From Anthoceros angustus (lineage: Eukaryota; Plantae; Anthocerotophyta), in NCBI GenBank assembly GCA_010909165.1, contig MU008217.1:1-64000 (forward strand): a stretch of DNA of 64,000 nucleotides, read 5' to 3'. This document shows, one piece after another, positions 9,901-22,015 of the stretch. The position numbers and the translations under genes were made by a program. The notes under the pieces were generated by a model that was given only the letters and a program-made list of their open reading frames with translations, did not search any database and was not told the origin of the DNA. Within the stretch, counting starts at the first letter, position 1. Every line of letters starts with the position of its first letter.

Positions 9901-12900
9901 CTTGATGAACTTTGTGGCGTGAACTAAGCAATGTCATGCCTAACACTTCAGCCCAAATGTGGTAACATGGTCATAGTTTTAACCTTATTAATGTTATGAA
10001 TTGCGTGCTAAACTTACGTCAACTTAAGGCTGGCCTTGATTGCCACGAACCTCTTATGTTGAAGCTCACGATGGCCTCCCAAAACTGCTTCTTACTAAGG
10101 GCTGTCCATGGCATTCAAACCTTCATCAAAAGGAGCCATTCAGATATCTAGTTTCATGCATTTCATTAACATTATTGATTGAAGATTATTTGTCTTGTTT
10201 GAATTTCTTTCACGCTCGTATTGGTCCATCTTAGTAACAAAATGGCATGGTTGTGCAACTTAACAAAACCACTTCTTGTTAGGCTTTCCTAAGGTGCAAG
10301 CGGCAATTAGGAGACCCCAATACTTTAGTGTAGATGAGACCATCCAATTTGTACACCTTTGACATAAAGAACTACTCATCATATTATGATTTCAAGGATG
10401 ATTTCAAGGACTATCAAACTCGTGAGGCGGAAAACAAAACCTAGACTTGTAGGATAAGAGGTTAGTCGTAGAGACTTTGCGTTGTGGAATAGCGAGGTTT
10501 GACCTACTTTGGGCTTTTCTTGTGAATACATAAGCATTGGGATTCTCATCTTATCTCCATTTTCAAATTTCATGGCCAAACGGAAAAAACATTACTACAA
10601 TAATATAAATTAAACCACTAGCACAACAAAATTAAGGCATAATAAAGCAAAAAAAGAATAAAACATAAAACATAAAACATAAAACATAAAACATAAAACA
10701 AAACAAAACCTCAAACAACGGCAAAACAATAGAGAGAACCTTGTGCATCTTTTGAATCTTTAGACATTTGGCTTGGGCTCGATATCGATCCCCGCTCCTT
10801 CTTGTCTGGTGGTAACACAATATCAAGGCGATGCTCGCCGTGCATTGAACTTGAGAATTTATGGTCTTGGTAATGACATTGTTGCACCACTTGTGGCTGC
10901 AAAGGAGTTTCTCAATAGGCTAGAGGTCGATGTGGTGTTTAGCCCTCGTTCATGCATTTCATTAACATTATTGATTGATTGATTGATTGATTGATTATGA
11001 CTTTTCACTCCATGGATGATCGCCTCCAGTTATGAAGGCTAGGTCTATGTTACAGACGACTCGGTTATATATCAATCGATCTTACACCATTGCAATGGAA
11101 GATTAAGAAGGAGAAGTTACACCTTTGACATAAAGAACTACTCATCATATTATGATTTCAAGGATGAGCAACTTAACAAAACCACTTCTTGTTGTTCTTC
11201 TTCTCTTCTTCTTCATCTTCTTCATCTTCTTCTTTCATGGGGATGAATTTGTGGTGTTTAGCCCTCGTTCATGCATTTCATTAACATTATTGATTGATTG
11301 AAGATTATTTGTCTTGTTTGAATTTTACCTTTGCATTCGTCTAGACCATTTTACCGCAATCTATGTAGTTGCCATATTTCAATCCTATGAAGATCCGTCC
11401 TTAGTGGACTTGAATAAATTTCTTCTTCTTCCTCTTCTTCTTGTTCTTCTTGTTCTTCTTCTTCTTCATCTTCTTCTTCTTCTTCTTCTTCTTCTTCTTC
11501 CTCTTCATCTTCTTCATCTTCTTCTTCTTCTTCTTACAGTTATTAATTGTATTTAGAAAACTATGAAACTTCTTCACCTCTAGGTATTGTATGTATACAT
11601 GTTTAGTATAGTGATTATTTTCACTAGCATAGTAAATAAAAATTATTTATTTAATTATTTATGTATGCTATTCTTTGCAACAACAAAGAAACATACAACC
11701 ATATTACATACATATGGTGACCGCCACCGTGGTCCTTTGCCTTAAGCTTGATCAAGTCATCCACATTCTTTTATTGAGCTTGATCAAGTCATGCTTATTC
11801 TTTTATTGAGCTTGATCAAGTCATCCACATTCTTTTATTGAGCTTGATCAAGTCATCCACATTCTTTTATTGAGCTTGATCAAGTCATCCACATTCTTTT
11901 ATTGAGCTTGATCAAGTCATGCTTATTCTTTTATTGAGCTTGATCAAGTCATGCTTATTCTTCTTCCTCTTCCTATAACATGTGCCACACTCCCATTTGG
12001 GGTCGTTGGTTTGCCGCTTGTATTATCATTCGCATATCAATTGCCTCAATGGTCATTGGTTTGCCATCAAGATCCAAGTGGTTGTTTGGCTTAGTGGTTC
12101 GACGAGCTTTTGCAACAACAAAATCCAAATGTAAAATTGAAGTTCAAAACCGCCCAATCATATATCGACAAGCTAGGGCACAAGTAACACTAAATATGCA
12201 CAAGTTCCACTAAGTACTTAAGCATCAAGTCATCAAGATCAAACAACAAAATCCAAATGTAAAATTGAAGTTCAAAACCGCCCAATCATATATCGACAAG
12301 CTAGGCACAAGTAACACTAAATATGCACAAGTTCCACTAAGTACTTAAGCATCTAACGCACACCAAAGTGTGTAGTTACAAACCTTGGAGGTTAAGTAGG
12401 GTGCGATTCGTCTTGCTACAGTTATTAATTGTATTTAGAAAACTATGAAACTTCTTCACCTCTAGGTATTGTATGTATACATGTTTAGTATAGTGATTAT
12501 TTTCACTAGCATAGTAAATAAAAATTATTTATGTATGCTATTCTTTGCAACAACAAACCACTTCTTGTTCTTCTTCTTTTATTGAGCTTGATCAAGTCAT
12601 CAAGACTCAATTTGCCTTCCTTAGCAGCAGCGGTTCCATACATATGGTGACCGCCACCGTGGTCCTTTGCCTTAAGCTTGATCAAGTCATGCTTATTCTT
12701 TTATTGAGCTTGATCAAGTCATCAAGACTCAATTTGCCTTCCTTAGCAGCGGTTTCATGCATGTGGTGACCGCCACCGTGGTCCTTTGCCTTAAGCTTGA
12801 TCAAGTCATCCACATTCTTTTATTGAGCTTGATCAAGTCATCAAGACTTAGATGACCACAACGTTGTCTTAGGTCCTCGAGCAACTCATAATTATTGCTT

Positions 12901-14040
12901 GGTCGCGAGGAATTCATTATTGCTTGGATGTTTGTGCTCTATAATGTATTTAAAATTGGTCAATATGGATTATTTTTGTGAAAATATATTCAACCGTGGT
13001 GGTTGCTCTCAATATCCTAGGCAAATCAATTGTTAACCGTTGCAAGGATGATTTCAAGGATGAGCAATTTTACGAGCACTTATTGTTTGATAGATGTTCA
13101 ATTTTACCGACCACTTATTGTTTGATAGATGTTCAATTTTATAGACCACTTATTGTTTGATAGATGTTCAATTTTATGGACCACTTATTGTTTGATAGAT
13201 GTTCAATTTTATAGACCACTTATTGTTTGATAGATGTTCAATTTTAGACCACTTATTGTTTGATAGATGTTCAATTTTAGACCACTTATTGTTTGATAGA
13301 TGTTCAATTTTATAGACCACTTATTGTTTGATAGATGTTCAATTTTACGAGCACTTATTGTTTGATAGATGTTCAATTTTATACACCACTTATTGTTTGA
13401 TAGATGTTCAATTTTACCACTTATTGTTTGATAGATGTTCAATTTTATACACCACTTATTGTTTGATAGATGTTCACGAGGTGGAGCGTGGCGAGGATGA
13501 GCAACAACAAACCACTTCTTGTTAGGCTTTCCTAAGGTGCAGCGTTGCGAAGGTGGGCAACTCAACCAACCACTTAGATGATGGCTCCTTTATAGATGAC
13601 CTTGAATACTAGATACTATACAGGATATTTGATATTTCCTTTCTAGCATCTTCAAATTGTTTTCTTGTGATAGGTACTATAAATGGATATTTGATATTTC
13701 CTTTATGGCACGTTCAAGTTGTTTTCTTGTAATACATACTATTAATGGATATATGATATTTCCTTTCTAGCATCTTCAAATTGTTTTCTTGTGGTAGCGA
13801 TATTATATTATATTTGGTATTTTCTTTTGTGGTATCTTTGAATTTCTTTCACGCTCGTATTGGTCCATCTTAGTAACAAAATGGCATGGTTGTGCAACTT
13901 AATAATTAAGTCTCCTCACTTGCCTTCTTAATGTACAACATGTCAATTGAGAACTAAACTACACCAAATCTTTGTAGGAATAGAAGTTGATGTGGGAAAT
14001 AGTTACCACACGTGATTAGACAAAGGCATTTGTTTCGTTC
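9901..14040 (+). repeat. Macro-unit 3 (4140 bp)
   Basis: Start word at 9901, next at 14041. Shorter, with internal deletions and a rare insert at ~10820-10930. Confidence 0.9.
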
Positions 14041-14897
14041 CTTGATGAACTTTGTGGCGTGAACTAAGCAATGTCATGCCTAACACTTCAGCCCAAATGT
14101 GGTAACATGGTCATAGTTTTAACCTTATTAATGTTATGAATTGCGTGCTAAACTTACGTCAACTTAAGGCTGGCCTTGATTGCCACGAACCTCTTATGTT
14201 GAAGCTCACGATGGCCTCCCAAAACTGCTTCTTACTAAGGGCTGTCCATGGCATTCAAACCTTCATCAAAAGGAGCCATTCGTATATCTAGTTTGCACAC
14301 CAAATCTTTATCAAGGTGCCCAATATTGCAAGGTGCAAGCGGCAATTAGGAGACCCCAATACTTTAGTGTAGATGAGACCATCCAATTTGTACACCTTTG
14401 ACATAAAGAACTACTCATCATATTATGATTTCAAGGATGATTTCAAGGACTATCAAACTACGTGAGGCGGAAAACAAAACCTAGACTTGTAGGATAAGAG
14501 GTTAGTCGTAGAGACTTTGCGTTGTGGAATAGCGAGGTTTGACCTACTTTGGGCTTTTCTTGTGAATACATAAGCATTGGGATTCTCATCTTATCTCCAT
14601 TTTCAAATTTCATGGCCAAACGGAAAAAACATTACTACAATAATATAAATTAAACCACTAGCACAACAAAAATTAAGGCATAATAAAGCAAAAAAAGAAT
14701 AAAACATAAAACATAAAACAAAACAAAACCTCAAACAACAAAAATTAAGGCATAATAAAGCAAAAAAAGAATAAAACATAAAACAAAACAATAGAGAGAA
14801 CCTTGTGCATCTTTTGAATCTTTAGACATTTGGCTTGGGCTCGATATCGATCCCCGCTCCTTCTTGTCTGGTGGTAACACAATATCGGCGGAGGTCG

Positions 14898-15060
14898 TTG
14901 GTTTGCCGCTTGTATTATCATTCGCATATCAATTGCCTCAATGGTCATTGGTTTGCCGCTTGTATTATCATTCGCATATCAATTGCCTCAATGGTCATTG
15001 GTTTGCCGCTTGTATTATCATTCGCATATCAATTGCCTCAATGGTCATTGGTTTGCCGCT
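14898..15060 (+). repeat. 50-bp tandem repeat (TTGGTTTGCCGCTTGTATTATCATTCGCATATCAATTGCCTCAATGGTCA)
   Basis: Period 50 (14901, 14951, 15001, 15051). Also at ~16540-16735 and ~30375-30535. Confidence 0.95.
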
Positions 15061-15905
15061 TGGAAAGGATCTTTGGTAGAGACCGCATATTGATTATGAC
15101 TTTTCACTCCATGGATGATCGCCTCCAGTTATGAAGGCTAGGTCTATGTTACAGACGACTCGGTTATATATCAATCGATCTTACACCATTGCAATGGAAG
15201 ATTAAGAAGGAGAAGTTACACCTTTGACATAAAGAACTACTCATCATATTATGATTTCAAGGATGAGCAATTTTACCGAGCACTTATTGTTTGAATTTCT
15301 TTCATGGGGATGAATTTGTGGTGTTTAGCCCTCGTTCATGCATTTCATTAACATTATTGATTGATTGAAGATTATTTGTCTTGTTTGAATTTTACCTTTG
15401 CATTCGTCTAGACCATTTTACCGCAATCTATGTAGTTGCCATATTTCAATCCTATGACGAAGATCCGTCCTTAGTGGACTTGAATAAATTTCTTCTTCTT
15501 CCTCTTCATCTTCTTCATTTGTTCTTCTTGTTCATTTGTTCTTCTTGTTCTTCTTCTTCCTCTTCATCTTCTTCATTTGTTCTTCTTGTTCTTCTTGTTC
15601 TTCTTCTTCCTCTTCATCTTCTTCATCTGCATCTTCTTCTTCTTACAGGTTATTAATTGTATTTAGAAAACTATGAAACTTCTTCACCTCTAGGTATTGT
15701 ATGTATACATGTTTAGTATAGTGATTATTTTTCACTAGCATAGTAAATAAAAATTATTTATTTAATTATTTATGTATGCTATTCTTTGCAACAACAAAGA
15801 AACATACAACCATATTACATACATATCAGGCCCTTCTTGTTTCCACCTTTAAATTTGCATACAGCTAAATTGTGCTAACATGAAGTCTTGCGATATGCAA
15901 TCTCG

Positions 15906-16440
15906 CATCACTTGACCATGGTACACATCTAGCTCCGCATCCAAGACCTCTGCACTTTTGACTATGGCGGAGGTCGTTGGCTACCTCCTCTTCCTATAAC
16001 ATGTGCCGCCACACTCCCATTTGGGGTCGTTGGTTTGCCGCTTGTATTATCATTCGCATATCAATTGCCTCAATGGTCATTGGTTTGCCATCAAGATCAA
16101 GTGGTTGTTTGGCTTAGTGGTTCGACGAGCTTTCTGCGAAGAGAACCACAATAGCAGGTTTGACCTACTTTGGGCTTTTCTTGTGAATACATAAGCATTG
16201 GGATTCTCATCTTATCTCCATTTTCAATTTCATGGCCAAACGGAAAAACATTACTACAATAATATAAATTAAACCACTAGCACAACAAAAATTAAGGCAT
16301 AATAAAGCAAAAAAAGAATAAAACATAAAACATAAAACAAAACAAAACCTCAAACAACAAAACAAAACAATAGAGAGAACCTTGTGCATCTTTTGAATCT
16401 TTAGACATTTGGCTTGGGCTCGATATCGATCCCCGCTCCT
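15906..16440 (-). pseudogene. ALY: Collinear ALY remnant: exon 2, intron, VG, AIVV, LDGKPM, REF-C
   Basis: Exon 2 at 16440-16381, GT at 16380, T-rich intron, KVG ~16170, AIVV ~16155, LDGKPM 16095-16078, KSAEVLDAELDVYH 15959-15918. The pieces are in native gene order. Confidence 0.75.
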
Positions 16441-17569
16441 TCTTGTTCTTCTTGTCTGGTGGTAACATGGTCATAGTTTTAACCTTATTAATGTTATGAA
16501 GGCTAGGTCTATGTTACAGACGACTCGGTTATATATCAATTGCCTCAATGGTCATTGGTTTGCCGCTTGTATTATCATTCGCATATCAATTGCCTCAATG
16601 GTCATTGGTTTGCCGCTTGTATTATCATTCGCATATCAATTGCCTCAATGGTCATTGGTTTGCCGCTTGTATTATCATTCGCATATCAATTGCCTCAATG
16701 GTCATTGGTTTGCCGCTTGTATTATCATTCGCATATTGATTATGACTTTTCACTCCATGGATGATCGCCTCCAGTTATGAAGGCTAGGTCTATGTTACAG
16801 ACGACTCGGTTATATATCAATCGATCTTACACCATTGCAATGGAAGATTAAGAAGGAGAAGTTACACCTTTGACATAAAGAACTACTCATCATATTATGA
16901 TTTCAAGGATGATTTCAAGGATGATTTCAAGGATGATTTCAAGGATGATTTCAAGGATGAGCAATTTTACCACTTATTGTTTGATAGATGTTCAATTTTA
17001 CCACTTATTGTTTGATAGATGTTCAATTTTATGGACCACTTATTGTTTGATAGATGTTCAATTTTACCTTTGCATTCGTCTAGACCATTTTACCGCAATC
17101 TATGTAGTTGCCATATTTCAATCCTATGACGAAGATCCGTCCTTAGTGGACTTGAATAAATTTCTTCTTCTTCCTCTTCATCTTCTTCATTTGTTCTTCT
17201 TGTTCTTCTTGTTCTTCTTCTTCTTCCTCTTCATCTTCTTCATTTGTTCTTCTTGTTCTTCTTGTTCTTCTTCTTCCTCTTCATCTTCTTCATCTTCTTC
17301 TTCTTCTTACAGTTATTAATTGTATTTAGAAAACTATGAAACTTCTTCACCTCTAGGTATTGTATGTATACATGTTTAGTATAGTGATTATTTTCACTAG
17401 CATAGTAAATAAAAATTATTTATTTAATTATTTATGTATGCTATTCTTTGCAACAACAAAGAAACATACAACCATATTACATACATATCAGGCCCTTCTT
17501 GTTTCCACCTTTAAATTTGCATACTGACTAAATTGTGCTAACATGAAGTCTTGCGATATGCAATCTCGC

Positions 17570-18110
17570 ATCACTTGACCATGGTACACATCTAGCTCCG
17601 CATCCAAGACCTCTGCACTTTTGACTATGGCGGAGGTCGTTGGCTACCTCCTCTTCCTATAACATGTGCCGCCACACTCCCATTTGGGGTCGTTGGTTTG
17701 CCGCTTGTATTATCATTCGCATATCAATTGCCTCAATGGTCATTGGTTTGCCATCAAGATCAAGTGGTTGTTTGGCTTAGTGGTTCGACGAGCTTTCTGC
17801 GAAGAGAACCACAATAGCAGATAGGGTTGCAACAAAGTCGGGCTCAAGTATCACAAAGTTAGAGACTTCAACTTAAAGCGTGAGACAAGATCAAACAACA
17901 AAATCCAAATGTAAAATTGAAGTTCAAAACCGCCCAATCATATATCGACAAGCTAGGGCACAAGTAACACTAAATATGCACAAGTTCCACTAAGTACTTA
18001 AGCATCTAACGCACACCAAAGTGTGTAGTTACAAACCTTGGAGGTTAAGTAGGGTGCGATTCGTCCGCATTGGATGACGAGCACCGCCACGCCTTGCTTT
18101 CTTTCATGGG
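17570..18110 (-). pseudogene. ALY: ALY remnant: internally deleted exon 1, intron, SAIVV, LDGKPM, REF-C
   Basis: Exon 1 ends at 18037 with GT at 18036. SAIVV at 17821-17807 resembles ALY TAEVV. The RRM end and REF-C follow. Confidence 0.7.
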
Positions 18111-18784
18111 GATGAATTTGTGGTGTTTAGCCCTCGTTCATGCATGTGGTGACCGCCACCGTGGTCCTTTGCCTTAAGCTTGATCAAGTCATCCACATTC
18201 TTTTATTGAGCTTGATCAAGTCATGCTTATTCTTTTATTGAGCTTGATCAAGTCATCAAGACTCAATTGCCTTCCTTAGCAGCGGTTCCATACATATGGT
18301 GACCGCCACCGTGGTCCTTTGCCTTAAGCTTGATCAAGTCATGCTTATTCTTTTATTGAGCTTGATCAAGTCATCAAGACTCAATTGCCTTCCTTAGCGG
18401 TTTCATGCATGTGGTGACCGCCACCGTGGTCCTTTGCCTTAAGCTTGATCAAGTCATCCACATTCTTTTATTGAGCTTGATCAAGTCATCAAGACTTAGA
18501 TGACCACAACGTTGTCTTAGGTCCTCGAGCAACTCATAATTATTGCTTGGTCGAGGAATTCATTATTGCTTGGATGTTTGTGCTCTATAATGTATTTAAA
18601 ATTGGTCAATATGGATTATTTTTGTGAAAATATATTCAACCGTGGTGGTTGCTCTCAATATCCTAGGCAAATCAATTGTTAACCGTTGCAAGGATGATTT
18701 CAAGGATGAGCAATTTTACCGACCACTTATTGTTTGATAGATGTTCAATTTTACCGACCACTTATTGTTTGATAGATGTTCAAT

Positions 18785-18812
18785 TTCTTCTTCTTCTTCT
18801 TCTTCTTCTTCT

Positions 18813-18859
<47 letters not shown>

Positions 18860-18970
18860 TTCTTCTTCTTCTTCTTCTTCTTCTTCTTCTTCTCTTCTTC
18901 TCTTCTTCTTCTTCTTCTTCTTCTTCTTCTTCTTCTTCTTCTTCTTCTCTTCTTCTTCTTCTTCTTCTTG
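18785..18970 (+). repeat. (TTC)n/(GAA)n microsatellite, nearly pure
   Basis: Direct reading. Other long pyrimidine tracts at ~1471-1622, 7370-7545, 22450-22720, 23540-23820, 28200-28455, 43975-44210 and 60275-60448. Confidence 0.97.
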
Positions 18971-21794
18971 TTAGGCTTTCCTAAGGTGCAAGCGGCAATT
19001 AGGAGACCCCAATACTTTAGTGTAGATGAGACCATCCAATTTGTACACCTTTGACATAAAGAACTACTCATCATATTATGATTTCAAGGATGAGCAACTT
19101 AACAAACCACTTCTTGTTCTTCTTGTTAGGCTTTCCTAAGGTGCAAGCGGCAATTAGGAGACCCCAATACTTTAGTGTAGATGAGACCATCCAATTTGTA
19201 CACCTTTGACATAAAGAACTACTCATCATATTATGATTTCAAGGATGATTTCAAGGATGATTTCAAGGATGATTTCAAGGATGATTTCAAGGATGATTTC
19301 AAGGATGATTTCAAGGATGAGCAACAACAAAGAAACATACAACCATATTACATACATATGGTGACCGCCACCGTGGTCCTTTGCCTTAAGCTTGATCAAG
19401 TCATGCTTATTCTTTTATTGAGCTTGATCAAGTCATCAAGACTTAGATGACCACAACGTTGTCTTAGGTCCTCGAGCAACTCATAATTATTGCTTGGATG
19501 TTTGTGCTCTATAATGTATTTAAAATTGGTCAATATGGATTATTTTTGTGAAAATATATTCAACCGTGGTGGTTGCTCTCAATATCCTAGGCAAATCAAT
19601 TGTTAACCGTTGCAAGGATGATTTCAAGGATGATTTCAAGGATGATTTCAAGGATGATTTCAAGGATGATTTCAAGGATGAGCAATTTTACCTTTGCATT
19701 CGTCTAGACCATTTTACCGCAATCTATGTAGTTGCCATATTTCAATCCTATGACGAAGATCCGTCCTTAGTGGACTTGAATAAATTTCTTCTTCTTGTTC
19801 TTCTTGTTCTTCTTGTTAGGCTTTCCTAAGGTGCAAGCGGCAATTAGGAGACCCCAATACTTTAGTGTAGATGAGACCATCCAATTTGTACACCTTTGAC
19901 ATAAAGAACTACTCATCATATTATGATTTCAAGGATGAGCAACTTAACAAACCACTTCTTGTTCTTCTTGTTCTTCTTGTTAGGCTTTCCTAAGGTGCAA
20001 GCGGCAATTAGGAGACCCCAATACTTTAGTGTAGATGAGACCATCCAATTTGTACACCTTTGACATAAAGAACTACTCATCATATTATGATTTCAAGGAT
20101 GATTTCAAGGATGATTTCAAGGATGAGCAATTTTACCGCAATCTATGTAGTTGCCATATTTCAATCCTATGACGAAGATCCGTCCTTAGTGGACTTGAAT
20201 AAATTTCTTCTTCTTGTTAGGCTTTCCTAAGGTGCAAGCGGCAATTAGGAGACCCCAATACTTTAGTGTAGATGAGACCATCCAATTTGTACACCTTTGA
20301 CATAAAGAACTACTCATCATATTATGATTTCAAGGATGAGCAATTTTACCTTTGCATTCGTCTAGACCATTTTACCGACCACTTATTGTTTGATAGATGT
20401 TCACGAGGTGGAGCGTGGCGAGGATGAGCAATTTTACCGAGCACTTATTGTTTGATAGATGTTCAATTTTATACACCACTTATTGTTTGATAGATGTTCA
20501 CGAGGTGGAGCGTGGCGAGGATGAGCAATTTTACCGACCACTTATTGTTTGATAGATGTTCAATTTTACCGCAATCTATGTAGTTGCCATATTTCAATCC
20601 TATGACGAAGATCCGTCCTTAGTGGACTTGAATAAATTTCTTCTTCTTGTTAGGCTTTCCTAAGGTGCAAGCGGCAATTAGGAGACCCCAATACTTTAGT
20701 GTAGATGAGACCATCCAATTTGTACACCTTTGACATAAAGAACTACTCATCATATTATGATTTCAAGGATGATTTCAAGGATGATTTCAAGGATGATTTC
20801 AAGGATGAGCAATTTTACCTTTGCATTCGTCTAGACCATTTTACCGAGCACTTATTGTTTGATAGATGTTCAATTTTACCGAGCACTTATTGTTTGATAG
20901 ATGTTCAATTTTACCTTTGCATTCGTCTAGACCATTTTACCGACCACTTATTGTTTGATAGATGTTCAATTTATGGACCACTTATTGTTTGATAGATGTT
21001 CACGAGGTGGAGCGTGGCGAGGATGAGCAACAACAAAATTAAGGCATAATAAAGCAAAAAAAGAATAAAACATAAAACATAAAACAAAACCTCAAACAAC
21101 AAAATCCAAATGTAAAATTGAAGTTCAAAACCGCCCAATCATATATCGACAAGCTAGGCACAAGTAACACTAAATATGCACAAGTTCCACTAAGTACTTA
21201 AGCATCTAACTGCACACCAAAGTGTGTAGTTACAAACCTTGGAGGTTAAGTAGGGTGCGCCTTGCTTTCTTTCATGGGGATGAATTTGTGGTGTTTAGCC
21301 CTCGTTCATGCATGTGGTGACCGCCACCGTGGTCCTTTGCCTTAAGCTTGATCAAGTCATGCTTATTCTTTTATTGAGCTTGATCAAGTCATCCACATTC
21401 TTTTATTGAGCTTGATCAAGTCATCAAGACTTAGATGATGGCTCCTTTATAGATGACCACAACGTTGTCTTAGGTCCTCGAGCAACTCATAATTATTGCT
21501 TGGATGTTTGTGCTCTATAATGTATTTAAAATTGGTCAATATGGATTATTTTTCACTAGCATAGTAAATAAAAATTATTTATGTATGCTATTCTTTGCAA
21601 CAACAAACCACTTCTTGTTCTTCTTCATCTTCTTCATCTTCTTCATCTTCTTCATCTTCTTCTCTTCTTCTTGTTCTTCTTGTTCTTCTTGTTAGGCTTT
21701 CCTAAGGTGCAAGCGGCAATTAGGAGACCCCAATACTTTAGTGTAGATGAGACCATCCAATTTGTACACCTTTGACATAAAGAACTACTCATCA

Positions 21795-22015
21795 TATTAT
21801 GATTTCAAGGATGAGCAATTTTACCGAGCACTTATTGTTTGATAGATGTTCACGAGGTGGAGCGTGGCGAGGATGAGCAATTTTACCGAGCACTTATTGT
21901 TTGATAGATGTTCACGAGGTGGAGCGTGGCGAGGATGAGCAATTTTACCGAGCACTTATTGTTTGATAGATGTTCACGAGGTGGAGCGTGGCGAGGATGA
22001 GCAATTTTACCGCAA
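21795..22015 (+). repeat. 62-bp loop repeat (35-bp core + CACGAGGTGGAGCGTGGCGAGGATGAGC)
   Basis: CACGAGG at 21851, 21913, 21975. Dense again at ~41085-41320 and ~53490-54530. A related 61-bp loop carries CCTTTGCATTCGTCTAGACCA (6452, 6513). Confidence 0.92.

Larger units (their letters stand above)
14041..18780 (+). repeat. Macro-unit 4 (incomplete; runs into the scrambled domain)
   Basis: Start word at 14041 and unit-like order up to the 35-bp array at ~18715. It then switches into (TTC)n at 18785 and lacks the terminal modules. The end coordinate is approximate. Confidence 0.75.

Noticed and set aside
10823-10852. GDARRALN resembles the AAA+ sensor-2 region of RarA/MgsA or Cdc6/Orc1
   Set aside because: It is only an 8-residue match, and the flanking residues do not continue the family pattern.
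17797-17798. Apparent AG splice acceptor (TTCTCTTCGCAG) before KARRTTKPNN, also at 16134-16135
   Set aside because: The preceding bases read SAIVV plus an FSRR-like stretch resembling ALY TAEVVFSRR, so decayed coding sequence is the more likely reading.
18676-19074. Poly-S/F/L and poly-K/R/E ORFs
   Set aside because: They are products of (TTC)n/(GAA)n tracts. An ancestral acidic coding tract cannot be supported.
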